From positions 180,001 through 212,000 of the forward strand of contig NC_008818.1 in NCBI RefSeq assembly GCF_000015145.1: a stretch of DNA of 32,000 nt, read 5' to 3'. The notes beneath the pieces were generated by a model that was given only the letters and a program-made list of their open reading frames with translations, had not been told where the DNA came from and did not search any database. This stretch comes from Hyperthermus butylicus DSM 5456. GTDB taxonomy: Archaea; Thermoproteota; Thermoprotei_A; Sulfolobales; Pyrodictiaceae. Every line of letters begins with the position of its first letter. The stretch's first letter is position 1. A program made the translations under genes and the position numbers. Shown piece by piece: positions 9,294 to 18,154 of the stretch.

Positions 9294-10082
9294 ATGGCTA
9301 CTGAGCCTCTGTTAGTGCTTGCAGCCTACCGGGGCAGCACACGGTACAACCTTATACGGGGGCTGCTCGCAAAGGCTGAGGCAGCCTGTAGCATGGATGG
9401 CTACGTTGAATGCCGCATCGGAGAGCAGGGCGAGTCGATTCCCCGCCCCGTGCTCGCAGCCCGCATATACCAGTGCAGCTGCTGGGATGACGGGGCAGAG
9501 ATATGGGCGAGGGTTAGCGGTGAGCCCCCCGCACTGGAGGCGCTGAAGAGGGTTCTCCGGCAGGAGAAGGGGCTAGGCTTCCAGGTCCTCTCAGAGACGA
9601 AGTATAGTATTATGCTGCGGCTAGTGAGCGAGATGGAGCAGTCCTGCGGCCTCGTAGACTGGTGTCCCTTTACTAAGCCAATTAAGGCAGCGATGGTGCG
9701 CACGGTTATCTGTACGAGTAGAATGGTGCTGGTCGAGCTGATAGTTGCTAAGGCGTCAGTACTTCACAGCATAGAGGAGGCTGGCTTCGAGATAATATAC
9801 CGGGCTCCCCTCAACAGCGTCGAGCACAGCCTCACGGCTAAGCAGGAGGCAGCACTAGTGCTAGCATACCTCTACGGCTACTACAGCTATCCACGCCGCA
9901 TAAGCGTGAAAGGGCTAGCATCAAAGCTCGGTATTAGTAGTTCAGCGCTCGCAGAGCTTCTGAGAAGGGCAGAACTCAAAATAATAACACGCTACATTCT
10001 CGAGGAGCTCCCACACTACCTACTACGCCACTATGCAGCTGCAAGAATGGCTGAGGAGCGCCGTAGGGCTAGCCGACGGTGA
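9294..10082 (+). CDS. HTH_10/Bat-like transcriptional regulator
   Basis: Same frame as ORF 9120-10082, with more likely start MATEPLLVLAAYRGSTRYNL. C-terminal SLTAKQEAALVLAYLYGYYSYPRRISVKGLASKLGISSSALAELLRRAELKII resembles the bacterio-opsin activator HTH_10 pattern. Confidence 0.75.
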   Translation: MATEPLLVLAAYRGSTRYNLIRGLLAKAEAACSMDGYVECRIGEQGESIPRPVLAARIYQCSCWDDGAEIWARVSGEPPALEALKRVLRQEKGLGFQVLSETKYSIMLRLVSEMEQSCGLVDWCPFTKPIKAAMVRTVICTSRMVLVELIVAKASVLHSIEEAGFEIIYRAPLNSVEHSLTAKQEAALVLAYLYGYYSYPRRISVKGLASKLGISSSALAELLRRAELKIITRYILEELPHYLLRHYAAARMAEERRRASRR

Positions 10083-10244
10083 GTTCTGGTAGGTGTACCG
10101 GTGGATGCACGGGTACACATCACTGTTTGCGTTTTACGGGCTTATTTAAGGTTTCCCTCATTCTAGCTCTAGGCAAAAGTTTTACGATACATATCACTTA
10201 CTAGGAATATGTAGAACCTAAGGTTCCAGTAGAGGTGAAGCAGT

Positions 10245-10730
10245 ATGCCCAGGCGCGGGATAAACTGGGCTGTGGAGGTTCTCAAGAGGATTAAGGGACT
10301 CGAGTTCCCAGTAACTAGGGAGCAGCTACGCGAGAAACTCAGGGACTTCTACTACCACGGCATACCAGCCACGAAGATCCTCGACGAGGTCGAGAAGGAG
10401 AGCTTTGCAAGCCCAGCCGAGCTCCTGCACGAGCTTGCTGAGGCTATCCGGAAGCTTGAGGAGCGGGGCGAGCTACCGATAACCGCCCGGAGAGGCATCA
10501 ACTGGGCTGTAGAGGTTCTCAAGAGGATCAAGGGCCTGGAATTCCCGGTGACGAAGGACAAGCTCGCAGAGAGGCTCAGAGACCTAGCCTGGCACGGCAT
10601 CAACATGGACAAGATACTAGCCGAGATAGACCGGGAGAGCTTCGCGAGCCCAGCAGAGCTGCTACACTCTCTATCAGAGGCTATCCGGAAACTCGAGGAG
10701 CGCGGCGAGATACAACCAGCTCAGGCCTAG
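10245..10730 (+). CDS. Small protein composed of two tandem ~79-aa repeats
   Basis: 161 aa: RRGINWAVEVLKRIKGLEFPVT... and again RRGINWAVEVLKRIKGLEFPVT..., each ending SFASPAELLH.L.EAIRKLEERGE. Confidence 0.8.
   Translation: MPRRGINWAVEVLKRIKGLEFPVTREQLREKLRDFYYHGIPATKILDEVEKESFASPAELLHELAEAIRKLEERGELPITARRGINWAVEVLKRIKGLEFPVTKDKLAERLRDLAWHGINMDKILAEIDRESFASPAELLHSLSEAIRKLEERGEIQPAQA
10251..10487 (+). repeat. Internal coding repeat unit 1
   Basis: Aligns to unit 2 (10488-10724) at protein and nucleotide level. Confidence 0.85.
10488..10724 (+). repeat. Internal coding repeat unit 2
   Basis: Shares e.g. caactgggctgt.gaggttctcaagaggat.aaggg with unit 1. Confidence 0.85.
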
Positions 10731-11056
10731 CCCTCGCGGCTACCAGCTCTTTTTATGAGCTCTCTAACCAGGCTGCCGTCGCCCCTCTCCAGCGCGTTAA
10801 TAGCTTCTAGAACCTTGACTGGTGAGCCAGCGAGAGGTATTAGGAGCGAACGCAGAATAACCCTCGCCCTCTCCCTCCCCCCAGTAGCCTCCACGAGCAC
10901 CTTGTAGGCCTCCAATGGGTTCTCAATAAACAATGTGGCGAAATCGGTACGGTACAGGCTAAACGATCTAGAATCCAGGATAGCCAGTATACCCATAGCT
11001 ACGCTCCTCAGCCGGGCGCGTATAATCCGTGCAGCCCGCTCCTCCATGGCCACCAC
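10727..11056 (-). CDS. Hypothetical protein
   Basis: 109-aa ORF with protein-like composition; its stop codon shares CTAG with the convergent repeat-protein gene. Confidence 0.6.
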   Translation of the reverse strand: MVAMEERAARIIRARLRSVAMGILAILDSRSFSLYRTDFATLFIENPLEAYKVLVEATGGRERARVILRSLLIPLAGSPVKVLEAINALERGDGSLVRELIKRAGSREG

Positions 11057-11272
11057 AACCTAGCACCATAGGAGCTCACTGGGCTCCCTAGAGTCTGGGA
11101 GGAAGCCCATCTATGCTAACGGCTAAGCCGGGTAAAAGCTAGAGGGTTAACAGGTTAGAGTGCAGGTTATATTCCCTTGGGCCTGGGCAGGCGCAGTGGT
11201 AACAAGTAATATTGTACTGGGAGGCGCCCCTCCTCTCCCACCCCTAGCCTTTGCTGTTTTATTTACACTTGT

Positions 11273-12766
11273 TCAGACCCTCGTGCAGAACTGGAGGAGG
11301 TTATTGGTTCTAAATCTTACCGGTATCTTGACGTGTATTAGCGGGTGGTAGACCTCCATACTTGTCTCTAAGCCTAGCGGCTCATACTCATACTCTACTA
11401 TGCTCCTCGGATTCGCCTCTATGTATATCGAGAGTTCGAACAGCGGTGTTACGGGTAGCTCTTTGAGCTGTACGCGACTGGGCACGCTGTAGAGGTAGAA
11501 GCCGGTTACTCCTTTTTTCTTGCTCCTAACCAGCAGGTTGTAGAGGCTCGCATAGTACCGTTCCTTCCTCGTCTCGACAACCTCTATTGCTTCGAGCCCA
11601 TCTACTAAGAGTATGCTTGGCTTAAACTGGTCTATGGCGCTGCTAATAAGATCTATGAGTTCTACTAGCGTATATACTGTAGGGTTCACCGATACAACGT
11701 TTGGTAGCGGCTTTTCATCGGGGCTACCCACGACCCGGAGGCTACACTCAAGCATGTCAGCTATGGATTTCGAGCTGTTCTTAAAGCTGACTATTAGTAT
11801 GTCCTCCCCCATAAGCATGAGGGATGAGGCTATAGTGCTTAGGACTAGGGTCGAGTGTATCACAGGGCTAACTCCTATAAGGACCTGGCTCCCCTTGGCT
11901 ATGTGAAGATAGTCGCATATAGAGGCCGCTCTTGTAATCTCCTTAGCTCCTATGCCTAGCTCTACTAGGCCGTGTACCCGGAAGAGCGTGTCGCAGAGAC
12001 TTATCGTCCTACTATAGTCTAGTGGGGGAATTTCTTCCGGCTCCTCGGGCAAGCTGATATCTATCACTATTCCGGGCTTTATCCGGAACGGGAACTCCGC
12101 CTGGTGTATCGGTGCCCACCTGGCCTTCCTTATCTCCAGCACACGCTGTATCTTCCCACGTGACAGCCGGTACTTCAGTATGAACACTGCGTCGACAATG
12201 AACTCCTCTATGCCGTAGCCAACGACCTTAGCGCCATAGGGATGCTCTGCTATAAGCACAGTCGTAACCTGATGAGGCTTAAACCCATTCACGAAGATGT
12301 TTTGGAGTAGCTCCCTCACCCTCGACGGCACCTTTACTATCTGTAGCATGGCTGTTATACTGTCAATCGCCACCCTCTTAGCCTTAGTCTCCATGACTAG
12401 CTTTACCAGGTCCTCAAGCTGTGTTATAAGCGCGTCCTCGTCAGCTATCGTTACAGCCTCCATGTAGTGGAATAGCCCCTTCCTCTCGCACTCCTCGAAA
12501 TCCATGCCCAGCATGGTCATATGGTCGTAGAAGTCGCGGCGCGGCTCCACGAAGTTCAGGTAGATGCTCCTCTCGCCCCGCCGGCAGCCCTCGTAGACGA
12601 ATCTTGCAGCGAAGGTGGACTTGCCAGTGCCGGGATTGCCTGCTAGGAGGACTACAGCGCCGCGGGGGAACCCGCCTAGGAGGATTTTGTCTAGCCCCTC
12701 GATGCCTGAGGGTACTGTTTCAGGCAGCACCTTCGGTGTGTAAAACCGCCGCACGTCTATGCTCAA
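11273..12766 (-). CDS. KaiC-like RecA-superfamily ATPase with degenerate second domain
   Basis: 497 aa: PSGIEGLDKILLGGFPRGAVVLLAGNPGTGKSTFAARFVYEG (Walker A), RVAIDSITAM (Walker B-like), EEFIVDAVFILKY. The second domain has GVSPVIHSTLV in place of a P-loop. Confidence 0.85.
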   Translation of the reverse strand: MSIDVRRFYTPKVLPETVPSGIEGLDKILLGGFPRGAVVLLAGNPGTGKSTFAARFVYEGCRRGERSIYLNFVEPRRDFYDHMTMLGMDFEECERKGLFHYMEAVTIADEDALITQLEDLVKLVMETKAKRVAIDSITAMLQIVKVPSRVRELLQNIFVNGFKPHQVTTVLIAEHPYGAKVVGYGIEEFIVDAVFILKYRLSRGKIQRVLEIRKARWAPIHQAEFPFRIKPGIVIDISLPEEPEEIPPLDYSRTISLCDTLFRVHGLVELGIGAKEITRAASICDYLHIAKGSQVLIGVSPVIHSTLVLSTIASSLMLMGEDILIVSFKNSSKSIADMLECSLRVVGSPDEKPLPNVVSVNPTVYTLVELIDLISSAIDQFKPSILLVDGLEAIEVVETRKERYYASLYNLLVRSKKKGVTGFYLYSVPSRVQLKELPVTPLFELSIYIEANPRSIVEYEYEPLGLETSMEVYHPLIHVKIPVRFRTNNLLQFCTRV

Positions 12767-12877
12767 GATACTACACTCTCCCCAGTATTATTAGTAATTG
12801 TGGTGGCTGGGTGCTATATGATGGTATTCTCTTGGTAGCCAGCAGTGTCTCCGGTGATGGTCCCGGGGCCAGGGCAC

Positions 12878-13771
12878 CTAAAATATTATTATCGGTGCTG
12901 CCAAGTAAACTGCTAGACTTAGAGGTAGCAGCATAGCAATATACTTTGAGGCGAGCGCAATATAGCCGTAGACGACACGTGCTATCACTATCGACGATGC
13001 GACAACAATCATTATGAGCGAGTAGAAGTATAGTCCGGCAAGCACGCCCGTATCTATCCTAGTGGTCATGCCTGGTAGCGGTACAGCTGTAGCTTGGGCG
13101 ACGAGCGCAACGGTTACGCCCGCGGTTAGCGCGTAGGCTACGGCGGCAAGCCCAGCTATCATCTTGTACTCGCTGAGCCGGGCCTCGGCAAGCCCTACGA
13201 GGCGCCGTGAAGCGTCAGCATAGGCTGCAACCTTGGAGAGTACTATGTGGATGTGGCCGCCGGTTTTTGCGGCTGTTACCACGCTCCTAGCCAGTATACG
13301 CACCTTGCTCGGAGCAGCGGTGAACGCCTCGTTGAACGCTCTCTCCAGGTCGCCGGTTGAGGCGTAGATCCTGGCCATGCGCTCCACATAGCTGTTAAAC
13401 GGAGGTCTGAGCATCCGCGCAGTACGGAGCAGCGCGTCGGCTGTCGAGGGGCTGGCAGCAAGCATGCCTGGGAGAATGAGTAGGAACTCTATGAGCTGCT
13501 CCTCAAACATCCTCAGCTCGGTATAGCGTTGTCTTGCGTAGAAGTACACTGGCACCATGGCGGCTACTATGGCGCCGCTAATCATTATCATTGTGCCACG
13601 GTCAGCTATGACCGGGACAAAGTAGACAAACTTGACGGTATGGTATGGCTTAACCCAGTCGAGTCCGAAGAATGACGCAAGCACATTAGCCATGTGGGGG
13701 TAGCCGGCTAGCCACGCGCCAACAGAAACAATTGAGAGGATCACCGTGACAATCGCTGCCAGCCTAGCCAA
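12878..13771 (-). CDS. TadC/FlaJ/GspF-like membrane platform protein (half-size, second copy)
   Basis: 297 aa; TM segments flanking a cytoplasmic helical domain (EFLLILPGMLAASPSTADALLRTARML...SVVTAAKTGGHIHIVLSKVA). Confidence 0.75.
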   Translation of the reverse strand: MARLAAIVTVILSIVSVGAWLAGYPHMANVLASFFGLDWVKPYHTVKFVYFVPVIADRGTMIMISGAIVAAMVPVYFYARQRYTELRMFEEQLIEFLLILPGMLAASPSTADALLRTARMLRPPFNSYVERMARIYASTGDLERAFNEAFTAAPSKVRILARSVVTAAKTGGHIHIVLSKVAAYADASRRLVGLAEARLSEYKMIAGLAAVAYALTAGVTVALVAQATAVPLPGMTTRIDTGVLAGLYFYSLIMIVVASSIVIARVVYGYIALASKYIAMLLPLSLAVYLAAPIIIF

Positions 13772-13786
13772 GGTACCGGCCCTCCC

Positions 13787-14638
13787 CTAGATCCTTAGCC
13801 TGGACACTATCATGTCCGCCATGATAACGACTACGGCCACAGTCACGGGTATACCTATGAATGTCGTGAGGAAGAGTATAGCGTCGAAGCTGAGCCCCGC
13901 TACTTGCTGGAATACCAGTAGGAGACCAACCACACCTATGGATACGGGTAGCATCACTGCCGCAGCCATGTAGAACTCTAGTAGGGCGCCGAGGCTATTG
14001 GTGAGCCGGTCGATCTCTGTCTCCTGCGTGCTAAGATACTCGGATATGGCTGCATCCACAACCTCCCGTAGACCCGAGCCGGTGCGGGCAGCTGCGGAGA
14101 GGCCTGCGAGTAGGCTGTGGAGGCTAGGCGATGGAGTGAGCTTGGAGGCCTCCTCCAGGACACGGTCTACCGGTATTCCAGCCCTTATGCCCGACACTAT
14201 ATACTCTAGCTCTATCGAGAACTCCTTAAGCTCGCGGAGATCCTCCCGGTACATCCTTTCAAAGGTCTCAATGAGCCCTGCACCTGCTAGGAGCCTTGTT
14301 GCGAGCGCCTGGGCGAAGAGGAGGAAGCGGGCCTCCAGCTTCTGGCCCCTGTTACGCGCAGCAAGCATCGGCAATGCTATGTAGATAGCTAGCATAACTA
14401 TGAATGCTATGAGCGCTCCTCCAGCCCCGAAGACTGCCGCTATGATGGCTGGGAACCCCTGGATGTAAAGCATTACTGCTGGCAATATACCGGCGAGGAA
14501 GACTACAGCAACAGTTGCAGCTAGGAATAGCACCACGTACCTCTCGAAGCTCGATGCTATGCCGCTTCCGACAACGTGGTACCTCAGCAGCGGATCCAGC
14601 TTCTCGCCTAGCGCTGCAAAAGCCTCCACAACACTCAA
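13787..14638 (-). CDS. TadC/FlaJ/GspF-like membrane platform protein (half-size, first copy)
   Basis: 283 aa: LEARFLLFAQALATRLLAGAGLIETFERMYRE...VSGIRAGIPVDRVLEEASKLTPSPSLHSLLAGLSAAARTGSGLREVVDAAISEYL; directly downstream of the secretion ATPase gene. Confidence 0.8.
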   Translation of the reverse strand: MSVVEAFAALGEKLDPLLRYHVVGSGIASSFERYVVLFLAATVAVVFLAGILPAVMLYIQGFPAIIAAVFGAGGALIAFIVMLAIYIALPMLAARNRGQKLEARFLLFAQALATRLLAGAGLIETFERMYREDLRELKEFSIELEYIVSGIRAGIPVDRVLEEASKLTPSPSLHSLLAGLSAAARTGSGLREVVDAAISEYLSTQETEIDRLTNSLGALLEFYMAAAVMLPVSIGVVGLLLVFQQVAGLSFDAILFLTTFIGIPVTVAVVVIMADMIVSRLRI

Positions 14639-14641
14639 GGC

Positions 14642-16264
14642 CTAGACACCCAGGCCGGCGGCGAACGTGTAGGGCTTGGTCTCCGAGAGCGCCTCCACAT
14701 ACACCTTCTCGGGCTCCCTCATGTACCTACGCACAATCTCGTGCAGTTCCAGCACGTCGGCACCACGCTCAGCAGCCCATTTAAGCACCGTAGCCCTCAT
14801 CTCTATATCTTTCCACACCTCACTAGGCTTAGCCAGCAATAGGTCAGCGATAGCGTTAACAAAGCTGCTCTCCTCAACCACGAGCCTCCACACATCATTA
14901 TGGCTATCCCAGACGATAAGCCTACCTATCTCAACCTCGTCCCGGACGGGATCGTAGTCCCTCGCCTCATCTACCTTTATAACCTTACGGTAGACATGGC
15001 CCCTCCTCTCGATACGGAGCATATGCACGTAGAGCTTGGCAGCAGCAATAATGCTCTTAGGCACGTTCATAGGCGGGCTGGCGAGCCTCCGGATAAGCAC
15101 GTCCGCCGATTCAGCATGCACGGTTGTTATGCCACCGTGGCCCGTGGCGAGAGCCTGGAAGAACGCGTAGGCCTCCCTGCTACGAATCTCACCCAATATT
15201 ATCACGTCCGGCCTCATGCGTAGCGCGCTCTCGACCTGCGCCTGCAACGTAATATTCTGCACGCCAGGCTGGTCGGAGAGCCTCGTATGCATAGCGGTCC
15301 AGTTATCGTGGAAAGGTATGCTGATCTCGGGCGTATCCTCGATCGTGACTACCTTGTACTCCGGCGGCAACAGCATAGCCAGCGCGTTGAGCAGTGTCGT
15401 CTTGCCAGCACCAATGGGCCCGTAGATGATAACGCCCTGCTTGTACTGTATCGCAGCCCACAGCATAGCAGCCACGCCGGGGTCTAGTGTGCCGCGGCGG
15501 ATAAGCTCGGTTATCGTGAACGGCTCGGCGCGGAACTTACGCACCGTAAAGCTGTGGCCACGCCTAGAGACAACATCAAGCACTATGTGGACACGGTAAC
15601 CCTCAGGCTTCAATACACCCTCAACAACGGGCCGGGCAAGGCTGGGCTCCTGACCACTGCGGAGCGCAAGCTTCATAACAACATGCTCTAGCTCCTCAGT
15701 GCTCTCAAACGTGATACCAGTCGTGAGCCACTCGAACTCTGTGTGGTAGACGAATACGGGGGATAGGAGCCCGTTACACGAGATATCCTCGATGTAGGGA
15801 TCCCTTATCAGCGGGTCGATACGACCATAGCCAACCAGGTCCCGCGCAATATAGTAGGCAACACCAAGCGCCTCCTGCTCCGGGTCACGCCTAAGCTTCC
15901 TCAGCTCCTTACGATGCCACATCACCAGCCGACGGGCAAGCCGGTAAGCCTCCCTCAAACCCTCACCAAGATCAGTCAGCTCCGAGAAAAGCTTCAAAAG
16001 CCGAAGATCACCAATAATCTTGCTACGCAGCCGGTCGAGAATCCTTCGACCAATATCGCTTAGCTTAGGCTCAAAGACGTTATAGAACCTCCTACCATCC
16101 TCATCCTCGACAATAGAGACGGCAACACGAGGCTCTTCGAGTAAACTATACTCCCTAAGAATACGTAGCTTTTCACCTGTACCCCCCACGCTATCAATAT
16201 TCTCTAAGGCAGCATCGATTCTATCGTTGTTGACGCCTGCTCTACCTTCATGCCGGGCAGCCAT
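14642..16264 (-). CDS. Type II/IV secretion system ATPase (VirB11/GspE/FlaI family)
   Basis: 540 aa: YGRIDPLIRDPYIEDISCNG, GVIIYGPIGAGKTTLLNALAMLLPPEYKVVTIEDTPEI, RMRPDVIILGEIRSREAYAFFQALATGHGGITTVHAES. Confidence 0.93.
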   Translation of the reverse strand: MAARHEGRAGVNNDRIDAALENIDSVGGTGEKLRILREYSLLEEPRVAVSIVEDEDGRRFYNVFEPKLSDIGRRILDRLRSKIIGDLRLLKLFSELTDLGEGLREAYRLARRLVMWHRKELRKLRRDPEQEALGVAYYIARDLVGYGRIDPLIRDPYIEDISCNGLLSPVFVYHTEFEWLTTGITFESTEELEHVVMKLALRSGQEPSLARPVVEGVLKPEGYRVHIVLDVVSRRGHSFTVRKFRAEPFTITELIRRGTLDPGVAAMLWAAIQYKQGVIIYGPIGAGKTTLLNALAMLLPPEYKVVTIEDTPEISIPFHDNWTAMHTRLSDQPGVQNITLQAQVESALRMRPDVIILGEIRSREAYAFFQALATGHGGITTVHAESADVLIRRLASPPMNVPKSIIAAAKLYVHMLRIERRGHVYRKVIKVDEARDYDPVRDEVEIGRLIVWDSHNDVWRLVVEESSFVNAIADLLLAKPSEVWKDIEMRATVLKWAAERGADVLELHEIVRRYMREPEKVYVEALSETKPYTFAAGLGV

Positions 16265-16421
16265 GCATCAACAACCCTACACGGCCAGATTGATATTACA
16301 ACTTTTAACTATGTATACTCACCACCGAGTACGAAGTACTCACCGTTTACAGTTATTTGATAATATATGTTACACTAATATGGACTAAGGAGTAGGTCAG
16401 AGACAGATATTTTAGCGTTTC

Positions 16422-16434
16422 TTAAAAAAGTATG
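16422..16434 (-). terminator. Candidate T-rich terminator of the pilin transcript
   Basis: Minus strand reads acttttttaag about 40 nt beyond the pilin stop (16474); archaeal terminators are often oligo-T. Confidence 0.3.
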
Positions 16435-16473
16435 CCTTGTCTTTCGAGTTTATGACCATCTTCTTAACTCTTA

Positions 16474-16914
16474 TCACCTAACAACGACTAGGTATGTAGC
16501 CTCAATACCATTGGACGTTACGGCCTTTACGATTACACTAGTGTACTGCGAGACATCTACTGGTACGTCATACGTGTATAGGTAGAGGTTACCGGGGTTT
16601 ATTGTTGCACCAATGTTATTCGCGCTGTTGATGACTTGACCTGTTGTTGCATCGATAACGTATATCGCATCGATGGTTGCTGGTACGTCGCCAACATTCC
16701 TAATGTAGACTGCTGTTATTTGTTTATTTGTAACATCTACTGCCTCTATTCTTATTGCTTCCTGCAGCTTGGTTTGGCTTGTTGGTGTGCTGGATACCAT
16801 GCCGCTTACCCATAGGTATAGCACTACGGCGGTGGCTACGGCTATGATTATTAGCAGTGCTGTTGCCACGACTGGGGAGACTGCGCGCATGCGCATGTAG
16901 ACCCCCTCTGGCAC
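16474..16914 (-). CDS. Archaeal pilin/archaellin-like protein with class III signal peptide
   Basis: 146 aa: MRMRAVSPVVATALLIIIAVATAVVLYLWVSGM then a beta-rich C-domain. Likely true start at the internal Met (about 16896). Confidence 0.85.
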   Translation of the reverse strand: MPEGVYMRMRAVSPVVATALLIIIAVATAVVLYLWVSGMVSSTPTSQTKLQEAIRIEAVDVTNKQITAVYIRNVGDVPATIDAIYVIDATTGQVINSANNIGATINPGNLYLYTYDVPVDVSQYTSVIVKAVTSNGIEATYLVVVR

Positions 16915-17032
16915 CTTGGCTTTATTCTACAGTGTGCTCGAATAGTGTATGAATGTTTGGGCTGTTTTTAAACGTTAGCTCGGCTGGTGCGTAGTGGCTA
17001 AGTGGTGACTAGGTAGCATCTGGGTTTCGGTC

Positions 17033-18154
17033 GTGCTAGAGGCCTGGGTTGGAGGGTTTGGGACCGGGTTGCTCTGGTTCGTGTTTACGACGGGACTGTG
17101 TAACCTGCGGTGCCGCTACTGTGGTGGCGGGTTTCCGCCGGATATCGTGCCGCCGTGGCCGCGGTACCGTGTTGAGGAGCTTGTAGAGCTTATCGAGCGT
17201 GTTGATTCTAGGCCGGTCGTGTTCTTTTATGGTGGTGAGCCGCTGCTGAATCCGGGCTTTATCAGAGAGGTTATGGATGCTCTGCCCCATGCTGTGTTCG
17301 GGATACAGACCAATGCTATTCTTCACAATAGGCTTGGCGATGAGTACTGGGCCCGGTTTACCACTGTCCTCCTCAGTGTTGATGGTGTGGAGGGTGTTAC
17401 GGATCGGTGGCGCGGCCCTGGTGTCTATTCGAGGGTTGTCTCTGCGCTTCGCCGGCTCCAGAGGCTGCGGGAGAGGCTGGGTGGTCCCGCAACAATTGTC
17501 GCGAGGATGGCTGTGCACCGTGAGATAAGCATTTACCGTGACGTTATGCATCTCCTCCGGGGCCTTGGCTTCGACAAGGTTCACTGGCAGCTCGACGCGG
17601 TGTGGAGTCCCCCGTGGCGGCTCGGTGCGTGGGCCCGGGAGAGCTACCTGCCGGGGCTCCGTAGGCTCGCCCGCTGGGTTGCGGCGCGTCCCCGGGCCCG
17701 GCTCCACAGAATAGTACCCTTTCACGGTATCGTATCAGCACTGTACAATGGGGGCTTCCGCTGGTACCCCTGTGGTGCTGGACGTACAGCTGTGGCTGTG
17801 CTAACTGACGGGAGGATTGTTGCCTGCCCTATAGCGGTGAGGGAGGAATGGGCTGTGCTGGGTACTCTGGATACGTGGAGGGGCAGGGTGTTGCCTGAGA
17901 GCTTTGTGCCGGAGAGGTGCCGGTTGTGCAGCTACTATCCTCTCTGCGGGGGGCGCTGCCTCTACGCCCAGGTTGAGTCAAGCTATTGGCCGGGGAGGCT
18001 GCTAGAGGAGCTTGACTGGGTTACGAGGAGGACAATAGACATAGTTTTGGAGGAGGTTGTCCCGGCGGTTGAGAAAGCCGTGGAGAGGGGCGAGATCGAC
18101 CTGGCTTACCTCTCCTACACCCCGGAGCTAGAGTCCACCGAGGTTATACCCTAG
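17033..18154 (+). CDS. Radical SAM protein with SPASM-like C-terminal cysteines, possibly the AF1577-type putative peptide-modifying family
   Basis: 373 aa, GTG start: FTTGLCNLRCRYCGG (CX3CX2C), VVFFYGGEPLLNP, C-terminal CRLCSYYPLCGGRCLYAQ. Confidence 0.85.
   Translation: MLEAWVGGFGTGLLWFVFTTGLCNLRCRYCGGGFPPDIVPPWPRYRVEELVELIERVDSRPVVFFYGGEPLLNPGFIREVMDALPHAVFGIQTNAILHNRLGDEYWARFTTVLLSVDGVEGVTDRWRGPGVYSRVVSALRRLQRLRERLGGPATIVARMAVHREISIYRDVMHLLRGLGFDKVHWQLDAVWSPPWRLGAWARESYLPGLRRLARWVAARPRARLHRIVPFHGIVSALYNGGFRWYPCGAGRTAVAVLTDGRIVACPIAVREEWAVLGTLDTWRGRVLPESFVPERCRLCSYYPLCGGRCLYAQVESSYWPGRLLEELDWVTRRTIDIVLEEVVPAVEKAVERGEIDLAYLSYTPELESTEVIP

Noticed and set aside
10251-10724. Tandem repeats considered as a CRISPR or mobile-element signature
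   Set aside because: Only two 237-bp units, in frame within one ORF with no spacer structure; this is a protein-domain duplication.
11160-11351. Hydrophobic 63-aa plus ORF at the 3' end of the KaiC-like gene
   Set aside because: Overlaps the KaiC-like coding end antisense, with no supporting signals.
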